A DNA stretch of 64,000 nucleotides from Acaryochloridaceae cyanobacterium VAR_48_metabat_390 (GCA_031422435.1 JANPLU010000112.1:32001-96000), one strand, 5' to 3'. Shown: positions 50,843 to 60,979, numbered from the stretch's first letter. The notes: a model not told the origin generated them from the letters alone. A program made the numbers and translations.

Positions 50843-51865
50843 TTAGAGCGCTGTATTATTGTCCATCTCCTTTGACCCAACCACTTCCCGCACCCGGTAA
50901 ATAGTGCGCCCTTGAGACTCATGGTAAGTGCGCATCATTAGTTCTGCGAGGAGGCCAAAGCAAAATAGCTCCAGACCTGCCAGTACCAGCAGTACCGCCA
51001 ACGTCAGCAGCGGACGATTGCCAATAGATTCCCCTAAAAAGAGCTTGACATAGGTTAGGTGTAGCCCCAGCCCTAGACCAATAGCAGTGGAAACTAGGCC
51101 AAACCAGCCAAAGGCGTGCATGGGTCGCGTCAAAAACCGCTTCATAAAGTAGATGGTCATCAGATCCATCAGTACCCGAAAGGTACGGCTGAGTCCGTAC
51201 TTACTCGTGCCAAACTGACGGGCGTGGTGGCTGACGGGCAGTTCCGCAATTTTGGCTCCTTCAATAAAAGCGAGAGCAGGTAAAAAGCGATGCAGTTCGC
51301 CATACAAATTCATATCTGCCAGTAGTTCTGCCCGATAGGCTTTGAGCGAACAGCCATAATCATGGAGCTGCACACCCGTCACTTTACTGATAAGCCCATT
51401 GGCAAGTTTGGAAGGTAATAGGCGTGTTAGTGCCGCATCTTGGCGATTCTTACGCCAGCCGCTCACCAGGTCATAGCCCTCATCTAGCTTGGCGAGCAGC
51501 TTCGGGATATCGGTGGGGTCATTCTGCAAATCACCATCGAGGGTTACAATCACAGGGGCTTTAGCATGATGGAAACCTGCCGACATTGCGGCGGTTTGAC
51601 CATAGTTGCGTCGCAGCAGCACCGCCCTTAAATCCATCCGCTCTTGCGCCAGTTGCTTGAGTAGTGCCGTGGTGCCATCGCTAGAACCATCATCCACCGC
51701 AATAATTTCGTAGGCTAATCCCTCGGTCTGGAGAACTTGGGCGATCGCCTCCACCAAGCGCGGCACGCTCTCCACCTCGTTATAAACCGGAATCACTACC
51801 GACACCTGAAGCGGCAGCGGTGTGGTAGAAACAGGAAACGAGGGCAGATAGGGTTCTGTTTTCAT
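50843..51865 (-). CDS. Family 2 glycosyltransferase (DPM1/ArnC-like)
   Basis: VIPVYNE, DDGSSD, RNYGQ, DGDLQND and two C-terminal TM helices. Confidence 0.9.
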   Translation of the reverse strand: MKTEPYLPSFPVSTTPLPLQVSVVIPVYNEVESVPRLVEAIAQVLQTEGLAYEIIAVDDGSSDGTTALLKQLAQERMDLRAVLLRRNYGQTAAMSAGFHHAKAPVIVTLDGDLQNDPTDIPKLLAKLDEGYDLVSGWRKNRQDAALTRLLPSKLANGLISKVTGVQLHDYGCSLKAYRAELLADMNLYGELHRFLPALAFIEGAKIAELPVSHHARQFGTSKYGLSRTFRVLMDLMTIYFMKRFLTRPMHAFGWFGLVSTAIGLGLGLHLTYVKLFLGESIGNRPLLTLAVLLVLAGLELFCFGLLAELMMRTYHESQGRTIYRVREVVGSKEMDNNTAL

Positions 51866-52079
51866 GGAGGGCGATCGCAACAATATCGGTCACTATTCTA
51901 TGCAAAATTGTGAGCTTATCTCTGAGCAATGAATCTGTATAAGTCATTTCGTTGGGGGTACAGCGGTTTCAAGGCTAAAATCATTAACTATAAGTATGAG
52001 TGGACAAATTGCTAATTCAATACATCTAGTCAAACATTGACGTGCAGCACGCTGCAAGTTGATTTATTTGGAGACCCTT

Positions 52080-52718
52080 GTGGTTCGGCTCAATTATTTC
52101 CATAGCACCGTAGTGGTAATGTTGATGCTGCCACTGGCGGCTCCAGTCCTAGCCCACAACATTAAAGTCTCTCAAGATGTGGCGGCAACCTTCCATATCG
52201 AGCCGCATCACAATCCCAAGGCAGGAGAGCCTTCTCAGGCTTGGTTTGCGCTCACTCATCGGGGAGGCGCCATTATTCCATTGGCTCAGTGTGATTGCAA
52301 ACTTGCCATTCATCTCGAACCCCATGAAGAAGGGGAAGTGCCCTCTCTAGAGCGATCGCTTAAGGCGATCGCAGTCGAGACGTATCAAGGCATTCCCAGT
52401 GCTGAAATTATATTCCCGAAACCTGGTGCGTATGAGCTGGAATTGAGCGGCAAACCGAAGGCAGGAGCCAACTTTCAACCCTTTAAATTGAACTATACCG
52501 TGATCGTTACAGCTGGGGCAGCGTCTACAACCAGTTCCCCCACAGAAAAAATAGCGGGTCAGTATCGCCACAGTGAAGCCAGTGCCACTTCGCAAAAGGC
52601 GATTTCTTCCACCCGTCAACTTTCACCGTGGCTAGCACCTTTAGCCATTGGAGGAGCTATTGTAGGCATCGGTGCGGTCGGTTTTATGCTTCAGCGATTC
52701 AAGACAAAACGCCCTTAA
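52080..52718 (+). CDS. Exported His-rich protein with C-terminal membrane anchor
   Basis: Signal peptide ending VLA-H, several His residues, CDC, Ser/Thr linker, TM helix and basic tail. Confidence 0.7.
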   Translation: MVRLNYFHSTVVVMLMLPLAAPVLAHNIKVSQDVAATFHIEPHHNPKAGEPSQAWFALTHRGGAIIPLAQCDCKLAIHLEPHEEGEVPSLERSLKAIAVETYQGIPSAEIIFPKPGAYELELSGKPKAGANFQPFKLNYTVIVTAGAASTTSSPTEKIAGQYRHSEASATSQKAISSTRQLSPWLAPLAIGGAIVGIGAVGFMLQRFKTKRP

Positions 52719-52888
52719 GCTTCATTTCACGGACGGTTTAGGACTTAATCATATTCTTTTGATTGAGGCAAGATTAGCAAGAGTAGAGAATCCCTTAAAC
52801 TGACAGTAGCAATACTGTGTTGCCCTAGCGCTGTTTATTGCTCTAACGCTGTGGCAATGCTTAACTGTCTTTGTTCTGGATACCCATC

Positions 52889-55693
52889 ATGTCTGTTTTC
52901 ATGAAACTACGTCCTTATTTGCTTCTCGGATTGCTCTTAAGTTTTTTGTTTGGGAACCTGACGCTGTGGAGCGGCAACAGCATTAGCGCAGAACTAGGCG
53001 ATCGAGCAATCGCCGCATCCTCACCAATCGCTAAGCTCTCGATGACGGATGGGGTCAAGAAAACGGTCTTGAGCAATGGCCTGACGGTACTCACAAAAGA
53101 GGTGCATACGGCGCCTGTGGTAAGTGTACAGGTTTGGTATCGCGTGGGTTCGCGTAACGAAGTGCCAGGAATTAACGGTATTTCTCACCAGTTAGAACAT
53201 CTGATGTTTAAGGGCACCCAAGCACGCCCCATCCAGTTTGGTCGGTTATTCAGCGCGTTGGGCAGCGAATCAAATGCCTTTACCAGCTACGACGAGACGG
53301 CCTACTACGGCACCGTAGAGCGCAGCAAGCTAGGGGCGTTGATGACTCTAGAAGCAGACCGAATGCAAAATACCGTCATCGGCTTAGAGCAGCTTAAGAG
53401 CGAAAAGCGCGTGGTGATTTCAGAACTGCAAGGCTACGAAAACAGCCCTAGCTACCGTCTGGGTCGAGCCGTCATGAAAGCCGCCTTCCCGAATAGTCCT
53501 TACGGAGCGGCAGTGGGCGGTAGCAAGGCAGATGTTGAAAAATTCACCCTTGAGCAGGTTCAAAACCACTATAAGGCCTACTATCGTCCTGAAAATGCAA
53601 CCCTTGTGGTGACAGGCGATTTTAAGACTGCCGATGCGCTCAAGATTGCAGCCCAGACCTTTGGCAAACTTTCTAAAGGCGCTAAGCCATTAGTTTCGGC
53701 AAGCGTAAACTCTGCTGCGAGTGCATCTCAGCCTGCGTCTAAGGAGCCGATTGTTCTGAGGCAGCCTGGGAGTAACGCACTCTTGAACGCGGTCTATCCA
53801 CTGCCGAACGTGAATCATCCTGATGTTCCGGCGATCGATCTGATGGATGCAGTCTTAACAGGAGGCCGTAGCGCTAGACTCTATCAAGATCTCGTGGAAA
53901 CAGGCTTGTCTAGCTCTGTTGGAGCCTATGCCGCTCAGATGATTGATTTAGGCTGGTACAACATTTCAGCCGTCGCCGCCGCTGGGCAACCCCTTTCGCG
54001 GGTCGAGACGGTGCTTCAGCAGTCTTTGGCTGAAATTCGTCAAAAGCCTGTCACCGCTGAGGAGCTGGAGCGGGCTAAATCACAGTTTAGGGCAAGCCTC
54101 ATTTTAGGCAATCAGGATATTTCGAGTCAGGCGACTCAGTTGGGCTACAACCAAACCGTGGCAGGGGACTACCGCTACATCGATCGCTACCTAGCCGCAA
54201 TGGAGCGCGTCACCCCAGACGATATTCTGCGCGTGGCTCAGACCTACCTCAAACCAGAGCAGCAGACCGTTGGCTTTTTTGAACCCACCCTCCCAGATGG
54301 CAAGGCTGGAACCTCTAGCCCAAGCACTGGCGGGCGCATAGCAGAAAACTTTAGCGCGGGAGCACCTGTAGACCCTGCGGAGGTTGCCAAGTATCTACCC
54401 CCCGCCCAAGATGCAGACTCTGCTGCCGATATTCTCCCGCAGGATTTGAAGTTATCGAATGGGCTACGGGTTCTGCTGCTGCCCGATCACAGTGCCCCAA
54501 CGGTAAACCTCAGCGGCAATATTAGGGCTGGCACCATTTTTGACACACCTGCTAAAGCAGGGCTGGCTGGCTTAACGGCGAGTAATTTAATGAATGGCAC
54601 TGAGGCCAAGAGCGCCCTAGCCTTGGCAAAGCGTCTCGAAGATCGGGGTGCAAGCTTGGGCTTTGGTGCGAGTCGAGAGGGGGTGGGCATTGGGGGCAGT
54701 GCGCTGGTGCAAGACCTCCCCATTTTGGTAGAAACCCTAGCGGATGTGCTGCTGCATCCGACCTTCCCCGAGAAGCAGCTTGAGCTGAGTCGTCAACGGT
54801 CGTTGGTGGGGCTGAAGGCTGCGCTAGACGATCCGGGGCAGTTGGGTCGGCGTACATTTCAGCAGGCGATTTATCCTGAAAATCATCCGTTTCATACTTT
54901 TCCGACCGCAGATAGCCTTAGGCGTATTACTCGCGAAGACTTGGCGCTTTTCCATCAGCGCTACTATCGACCCGATACAACGGTGCTTTCTTTGGTGGGG
55001 GATTTTGATCCGGCTCAGGTGAAGTCGCTGTTAGAGTCTGCCTTAGGTGAATGGCGCACGGCAGGTCAGCCTCCGGTGATGAATTTCCCCGCTGTAGCGC
55101 TGCCTAAGATGACGACTTACGTGAATAAGTCAATTCCTGGCAAAGCTGAAGCTGTAACCTACTTAGGCTACAGTGGCCTTTCTCGTAAAGACCCACGCTA
55201 CTATGCGGCGCTGGTGCTCAATCAAGTGCTGGGGGGAGACACGCTTTCTAGTCGTCTGGGAACTGAGATCCGCGATCGCCAAGGTCTCACCTACGGCATC
55301 TCCAGCGGCTTTTCTGCGGGTCAAAACCCTGGACCATTTTTAATTTCGATGCAAACTGCGCCTAAGGATGTTCAGAAGGCAATTGACAGCACCATTGTTT
55401 TGCTTCAGCAGCTTCGGACGCAGGGCATTACTACAACGGAACTGGAGAATGCAAAGCGCTCTATTAAAAATAGCTATCCGGTAGAGTTGGCAAATCCTAG
55501 CAGCGTCGCTGATGCTATTTTGGGCAATACGGTTGTGGGGTTAGGGTTAGGAGAGTTAAGTCAGTTCCCCAATAAAATTGGGGCAGTGACGGCGCAGCAA
55601 GTTCAGCAGGTCATTCAAGACTTCATTCAACCCGATAAGCTGGTGATTGTAACGGTGGGGCCAGGAACAGAGGCGCTTAAAAAAGGGGCATAG
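52889..55693 (+). CDS. M16 (pitrilysin) zinc peptidase
   Basis: HQLEH inverted zinc motif, NAFT and duplicated domains. Confidence 0.92.
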   Translation: MSVFMKLRPYLLLGLLLSFLFGNLTLWSGNSISAELGDRAIAASSPIAKLSMTDGVKKTVLSNGLTVLTKEVHTAPVVSVQVWYRVGSRNEVPGINGISHQLEHLMFKGTQARPIQFGRLFSALGSESNAFTSYDETAYYGTVERSKLGALMTLEADRMQNTVIGLEQLKSEKRVVISELQGYENSPSYRLGRAVMKAAFPNSPYGAAVGGSKADVEKFTLEQVQNHYKAYYRPENATLVVTGDFKTADALKIAAQTFGKLSKGAKPLVSASVNSAASASQPASKEPIVLRQPGSNALLNAVYPLPNVNHPDVPAIDLMDAVLTGGRSARLYQDLVETGLSSSVGAYAAQMIDLGWYNISAVAAAGQPLSRVETVLQQSLAEIRQKPVTAEELERAKSQFRASLILGNQDISSQATQLGYNQTVAGDYRYIDRYLAAMERVTPDDILRVAQTYLKPEQQTVGFFEPTLPDGKAGTSSPSTGGRIAENFSAGAPVDPAEVAKYLPPAQDADSAADILPQDLKLSNGLRVLLLPDHSAPTVNLSGNIRAGTIFDTPAKAGLAGLTASNLMNGTEAKSALALAKRLEDRGASLGFGASREGVGIGGSALVQDLPILVETLADVLLHPTFPEKQLELSRQRSLVGLKAALDDPGQLGRRTFQQAIYPENHPFHTFPTADSLRRITREDLALFHQRYYRPDTTVLSLVGDFDPAQVKSLLESALGEWRTAGQPPVMNFPAVALPKMTTYVNKSIPGKAEAVTYLGYSGLSRKDPRYYAALVLNQVLGGDTLSSRLGTEIRDRQGLTYGISSGFSAGQNPGPFLISMQTAPKDVQKAIDSTIVLLQQLRTQGITTTELENAKRSIKNSYPVELANPSSVADAILGNTVVGLGLGELSQFPNKIGAVTAQQVQQVIQDFIQPDKLVIVTVGPGTEALKKGA

Positions 55694-55872
55694 CCGAGTC
55701 GTCAAGGGCTGAGGGAGTCAGCCCTTGCCATACCAGTTGTTGCTGAGATTGGATCACTTCCAATGGGAAAAGTCAGGCTCTTAAATGAGGTCACTTCAGA
55801 CCGCCTTAGAGAGTGGCTTGTCTACTAGGGCGCAGCCTTCAAGCATAATGGTATAGACCTTTTGAAAGGCTT

Positions 55873-57147
55873 ATGCACCCTAATCTTTGGTATCCCTACA
55901 CCCAATCCAAAACGGCTCCCGAGCCCCTAAAGGTGAAATCTGCCCAAGGCGTATGGCTAGAGCTTGAGACTGGCGAGCATATCTTAGACTGTATTTCAAG
56001 CTGGTGGGTGAATCTACACGGTCATGCCCATCCTAAAATTGCTGAAGCCATCTATCACCAGGCTAAGCAGCTAGAACAAGTCATCTTTGCTGGGTTTACC
56101 CACGATCCGGCCGAACAACTGGCCGAGCGGCTCACGGCGCGCTTGCCTAAATCTCTCACCCGCGTGTTTTATTCAGACAATGGGTCAACGGCGATCGAGG
56201 TGGCGCTTAAAATGGCGTACCAGTATTGGTCAAATCAAGGTAAGCCCCGCACGACCTTTTTGGCCTTTGAGGGGGCTTACCACGGGGATACCTTTGGTGC
56301 GATGGCAGTTGGTGCGCGATCGCTCTTTACCGATGCCTTTACCCCACTTTTATTTGATGTAGCGTTTGTGCCCTACCCTGCCACCCATTTACAGGATGAC
56401 AGCGCAGACCAAACCGAACAGGCCATTCTTCAGCAAATTCAGCAGGCCCTAACCCAGCAGCCACAGCGTTATGCAGGCATCATTATTGAGCCGTTAGTGC
56501 AGGGAGTTGCAGGGATGCAAATGTGTCGACCATCGTTTTTGCAGCAGCTCCAGAAAATCGCCCAAGCCCACAGTACCCTTCTGATTTTTGATGAGGTGAT
56601 GACCGGATTTGGTCGTACCGGAGACTGGTTTGCCTGCACTAAAGCTCAGGTGAACCCCGATATTATTTGCCTCTCCAAAGGTATTACAGGGGGCTTTTTG
56701 CCTTTTTCGGCAACCATTAGCACAGAGACAATCTATGATGCCTTCTACAGTGATGATCCGCAGAAGACGCTCTATCACGGTCATAGCTATGCCGCAAACC
56801 CGTTAGGCTGTGCAGCGGCGTTAGCGTCTCTAGAGCTGATGATTGACAATGAACCAGCCTTTCAGCAGATGGAGACTCACCATAAGAAACACCTAACAAA
56901 ACTCGCCGACCATCCTCGACTTAAGAATCTGCGCGTGACAGGGACGATCGCCGCCATGGACTTGATCACCGAAAATCCTGGCTATCTCAACCAGCTTTCG
57001 CTGGAGATTCGCAAACGGGCGATCGCCCAGCGACTACTTCTGCGACCCTTGGGTAATGTACTCTACATAATGCCGCCCTACTGCATCACCGAAGATGAGC
57101 TTGCATTTATCTATCAGGGCATCGCAACAATTTTGGATGCTCTTTAA
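55873..57147 (+). CDS. bioA: DAPA aminotransferase
   Basis: SSWWVNLHGH, YHGDTFG, DEVMTGFGRTG and HGHSY motifs. Confidence 0.93.
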   Translation: MHPNLWYPYTQSKTAPEPLKVKSAQGVWLELETGEHILDCISSWWVNLHGHAHPKIAEAIYHQAKQLEQVIFAGFTHDPAEQLAERLTARLPKSLTRVFYSDNGSTAIEVALKMAYQYWSNQGKPRTTFLAFEGAYHGDTFGAMAVGARSLFTDAFTPLLFDVAFVPYPATHLQDDSADQTEQAILQQIQQALTQQPQRYAGIIIEPLVQGVAGMQMCRPSFLQQLQKIAQAHSTLLIFDEVMTGFGRTGDWFACTKAQVNPDIICLSKGITGGFLPFSATISTETIYDAFYSDDPQKTLYHGHSYAANPLGCAAALASLELMIDNEPAFQQMETHHKKHLTKLADHPRLKNLRVTGTIAAMDLITENPGYLNQLSLEIRKRAIAQRLLLRPLGNVLYIMPPYCITEDELAFIYQGIATILDAL

Positions 57148-57197
57148 GTGCCAGCCCACTCACCGCCATTTCAGATTTCCCACACGAATAGTCGCTA

Positions 57198-57277
57198 GGC
57201 AAAAGCGATTGTCAGCCTAAGCCCAACGCATGTGAGCGCTTTCTTCCAATTCAGCCAACCCAAATTAGTTTGCGATT
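57198..57277 (+). repeat. 80 bp direct repeat, copy 1 (copy 2 at 57993-58072)
   Basis: GGCAAAAGCGAT...CCTAAGCCCAACGCATGTGA...CCCAAATTAGTTTG.GATT present in both copies. Confidence 0.9.
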
Positions 57278-57344
57278 AAATTGACGTTAGGCCACCCAAT
57301 CTACTGCGCTCCACCTAACAGATAAGGAGTCCTCGCTGCCAAAA

Positions 57345-57644
57345 TCATGTGCGACGAGTTTGCTGAGCCACATACTTCAATAGCACGTCATCCATTCGAG
57401 ATTGCCAACCATCGCCAGTTGATTTGAAATACTCAACGACCTCGCGGCTGTAGCGTACGGAGATCAATTGTTTTGTTTTCTCTGATTTTGGACGACCGCG
57501 AAGTGCCTTTAGAGGAACCATTGCCTTAAGTTGAGTTGGTGTAAGCGGCTGTGCGTCAGGATCGCTCTTAGCCGCAGCCGTGATGACCTTGTCTTCTGCT
57601 ACCGACGGCATAACAATTGAAATTCGCTTAGAGACTTTCGACAT
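57345..57644 (-). CDS. BrnA antitoxin family protein
   Basis: DPDAQP, RGRP and VVEYFKSTGDGWQSRMDDVL motifs. Confidence 0.88.
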   Translation of the reverse strand: MSKVSKRISIVMPSVAEDKVITAAAKSDPDAQPLTPTQLKAMVPLKALRGRPKSEKTKQLISVRYSREVVEYFKSTGDGWQSRMDDVLLKYVAQQTRRT

Positions 57645-57772
57645 AGTGCTTTACCTCACGACGATTAGCGCGGCGCAAACTGATGATTTTCGAGTTCCGC
57701 TGCCAAGGCAAGAGACACGCCGTGCTTTGCCTGATTACTGGCATCTTTAACGGGATCAAATTCAATCTGCAT
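57628..57772 (-). pseudogene. BrnT toxin, internally deleted and out of frame
   Basis: MQIEFDPVKDASNQAKHGVSLALAAELE joined to IISLRRANRREVKHYVESL* in another frame. Confidence 0.82.
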
Positions 57773-57800
57773 AATTTATCGTAGCTACAATAAATTATGC
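57769..57800. promoter_or_regulatory. 32 bp palindrome over the brnT start (probable operator)
   Basis: GCATAATTTAT-c-GTAGCTAC-a-ATAAATTATGC. Confidence 0.65.
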
Positions 57801-57834
57801 GTGTCAACCAAGATGCGCAACTGATTTTTGCAAA

Positions 57835-57921
57835 GTCTAATGTCCCCGCTCACCGGACGCAGACACCCCATACAACTCAACTGACCATATTGGTATGTCC
57901 GGTTCAGCGCAATTGTTGGTC
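57835..57921 (+). other. attC-like imperfect palindrome
   Basis: GTCTAAT-n5-CGCTCACCGGAC ... GTCCGGTTCAGCG-n5-GTTGGTC. Confidence 0.5.
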
Positions 57922-57992
57922 TTTTTTGTTGGAAATGCTTGAGAAATGTCTGCGCATACCTAATATTATTGAGTATCGTTTTCACGATAATG

Positions 57993-58072
57993 GGCAAAAG
58001 CGATCACCACCCTAAGCCCAACGCATGTGATCGCTTTCATTCAATTTAGCCAGCCCAAATTAGTTTGTGATT
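57993..58072 (+). repeat. 80 bp direct repeat, copy 2
   Basis: Matches 57198-57277 at an offset of 795 bp. Confidence 0.9.
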
Positions 58073-58511
58073 GGGTTTCTTGTCGTCCACCTAACCTAGC
58101 TCATCTACAGCAGTGCGGAGCTTGGATACCTGTACTTACTATAGTTTTCTTGGGCTGGGAGCGCGTTTCAAAACCTTTAGACATCTAGACCGACCCAAGA
58201 GATAAACTATGTTGCCCTCTCTAGCACCTTGGTGACCTGATTTTCTTGCACTTACCCTGGAGATGCTCCCAATAAGCTGAACTTATGCAGGGTACACAAA
58301 ATCGACTTGAACTCATACAGGCAAATCATTTCATGTGATTAAGAATAGTTCAGTTTTTCAACCTTCACTTACTTATCTCATTTAGAAAAGACCCAAGAAC
58401 CTACTAAAGATTATAGGTGAAGTGTTGTATTTTGCTGAGCTGTTCTGATACTATTAGCCTGTCAAAAACGATGCTTTGACTCAAGATTTTAATTCATTAA
58501 GGTAAAGTAAT

Positions 58512-59752
58512 ATGAAGTCAGTTTATAGATTAGGGTTGGCTGCATTTTTCTCTGTAACAACTCTAGCTATCGCCGCAAACTCGTCTTTCTCTATTCTTTC
58601 TAGAAAAAATAATAAGCGACCCTTACCCCCCCCTCAAGAGTTATTCATAAGCCGATTGCAACTAAGTTAGCCGACCCCGGAGCCATTAGAATTTTATTGA
58701 ATTTTGATGACCTCGGCAATGGCAGAAACCCCTATGGCGGAGTAATAAAGGGCAGTGATGGAAACCTTTACGGTACAGCGACTTATGGTGCCAACAATAA
58801 CTATGGCACCGTATACAAAATGTCGACAACTGGAGTAATCTCCAAATTAATCAAGTTAACTTCCACGCAAGGCACCAACCCTTTTTACACACTGTTGCAA
58901 GGTTCAGACGGTAATTTCTACGGTCCAAACGATGCTGGTGGGACTACGAGCAATCTGGGCACGCTGCTAAAGCTGTCTCCGGCAGGTGCCCTTACAAAGC
59001 TGTTTACTTTTACCAATTCTACTAATGCAGGACGTAGCCCAACTGGTGCTCTGATCCAAGCTTCGGATACAAACTTTTATGGCACAGCCTATTCTGGTGG
59101 AGTTAGTGGCTGCGGCACAGTATTTAAAGTAGCTCCTACTGGTGCATTCACTCGGTTGTTGAGCTTTGATTGCTCAAACGGAGCCAATCCGAATGCTGGA
59201 GTAATTCAGGGTAGCGATGGAAACTTCTATGGCACGACCCAAAATGGGGGAACCAATGGATATGGCACCATATTTCGAGTAACTTCAGCGGGAGTGCTAA
59301 CCACGCTGTTTAACTTTAATAATATAAACGGGGCATATCCTACCGGTGGACTGGTACAAGGAAGTGATGGAAATTTCTATGGCACAACTTCTCAGGGTGG
59401 AAGCATTCTTAATGCAGGTACTATCTTTAGAATGACACCCACAGGCACCTTTACAAGCCTTATTAAATTTAACAATACCAATGGACGAGAACCTAATGGA
59501 ACCTTGTTAAAGCTGAGCGATGGTAGCTTTTATGGCACGACTAGATTTGGTGGTCTTAGCGACTATGGTACGGTCTTTAAGTACACCCCTGGTGCTGTAC
59601 CTCCTTTAACCAAAACTCTCAATTTTGGAAATACCCGTGCGGTTAATCCTTATGCTGGCTTAACGCTAAGCAGCGATGGTAAGTTCTACGGCACAACGGT
59701 CAATGGTGGGGTCAATGGTTATGGTACGGTTTATGAGTTGCTACTGCCGTAG
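58512..59752 (+). CDS. GloVer-type tandem repeat exported protein, frameshifted near a C8 tract
   Basis: Seven repeats of about 50 aa (GSDGNFYGTT..GG...GTIF) in 58697-59752; signal peptide from ATG 58512 is in a different frame. Confidence 0.8.
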
Positions 59753-59989
59753 GTAGAGAACATGTATTAACTTAAGGCGAGATAGCTTATCTGGCAAGGG
59801 TTTGAGCCATACGACCTAGACAGCTGAGGTTACACTATTTCAACGCACAATGTTCGCTAGAGATACAGTGTCCCGCTTCACACCGCATCCCTAGCGAACT
59901 TTGTGCTCAGGGTAATATTTAAAGCGAGATCGTGCTGAAATAGTGAAGGTTAGCAAGACCTTATAGAAAACTGTTCATTTCACCTATTT

Positions 59990-60300
59990 TTCAAAACTCA
60001 TCTGCACCTCTCATCTACCGAACCATCTGTGGTTATGGGCCAAGCATCAAATCACGGAACTCACTAAAGACTCAAATCTCCCCTAATCTTGTTTGCCCTT
60101 ACACATCCAGCAGGCTGGCAAAGAATTAGTCATTCGCTTAGTCATCGAACAACTAGGAGAGCGCTACCTGCTCACAGTCCGCAGGCACCTAGAAAGCATT
60201 TATTGCAAACTTGGGGTGCATAGCCGCACAGAGGTGATCGCCCAAGCATTAGCAAAATTAGGAATCCTCAATTCGTCACCCCTGATCGGATGGTTCAATA
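59990..60300 (+). pseudogene. Remnant of a LuxR-family regulator
   Basis: TVRRHLESIYCKLGVHSRTEVIAQAL is the second half of a LuxR HTH; first helices and start codon are absent. Confidence 0.6.
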
Positions 60301-60305
60301 TCAGC

Positions 60306-60683
60306 TTAAGCAGACGCCGTACTCAGAAGAGAAACCGCATATTGATTCAAACTAATCCCTTCTTGCTCAGCCTGTTGTGCCAAACGACGGTGTAACGACT
60401 TCGGCACCCTCAGCACAAACTTTCCACTGTAATCTTGTTCTGTCGCAGGCAATGGAATCTCCCGCTTACCACTTTCATAGACCGCCTCAATCCATAACTC
60501 ACGGGCTTCGTTGATATTTTCCATCAACTCTTCTATCGTTTCGGCCTGAGTTATACATCCGGGCAGATCTTTGATCTCGGCTACAAATCCACCCTCTACA
60601 TCTGGATAAACAGTCACAGGATAATCCAGATTTAGATAGTAGTCTAAAGGTTGAGACTGAACCTTAATTGTAGTCTTACTCAC
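60306..60683 (-). CDS. hicB: HicB antitoxin
   Basis: DLPGCITQAET and SGKFVLRVPKSLHRRLA (RHH) motifs. Confidence 0.9.
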   Translation of the reverse strand: MSKTTIKVQSQPLDYYLNLDYPVTVYPDVEGGFVAEIKDLPGCITQAETIEELMENINEARELWIEAVYESGKREIPLPATEQDYSGKFVLRVPKSLHRRLAQQAEQEGISLNQYAVSLLSTASA

Positions 60684-60933
60684 CTTGCCAGTCCTCCAGT
60701 TTTAATAATTCAGCAATGCGCTGAACGTAAAATCGCTTTACCTTTTTTACCTTTTGCCCACCTTTCTTCGGAATTATAATCACCTCGCCAACTTCATTCT
60801 CAAAAATATGGTGACTTCCCCGCGATCTCTTTTCCTGAAAGCCAAATGCCTCCAAAACATAGCGGACATCCTCAAACCGTACTTCTGGTGGGCTAGCAAG
60901 AAAATTTAGAATTAGCTTTGTCAACTTACTCAT
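60676..60933 (-). CDS. hicA: HicA toxin
   Basis: LEAFGF...RGSHHIF; overlaps the hicB start. Confidence 0.88.
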   Translation of the reverse strand: MSKLTKLILNFLASPPEVRFEDVRYVLEAFGFQEKRSRGSHHIFENEVGEVIIIPKKGGQKVKKVKRFYVQRIAELLKLEDWQGE

Positions 60934-60952
60934 GATACTATATACGGTACTA

Positions 60953-60979
60953 TAAAGAGTAGATGCCGTCTACTCTTTA
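60953..60979. promoter_or_regulatory. Perfect 11 bp inverted repeat between hicA and bioB
   Basis: TAAAGAGTAGA-tgccg-TCTACTCTTTA. Confidence 0.55.

Noticed and set aside
51974..51990. Zur/Fur box upstream of the His-rich exported protein
   Set aside because: Only a partial match to TGATAATNATTATCA in AT-rich DNA
57785..58015. Short ORFs on both strands upstream of brnT
   Set aside because: They overlap the operator palindrome, attC-like site and direct repeat, so the region is better explained as non-coding
58697..59752. Periodic GGCAC/GATGG nucleotide repeats as a CRISPR array
   Set aside because: They are the coding repeats of the GloVer protein; there are no identical repeats with unique spacers and no cas genes
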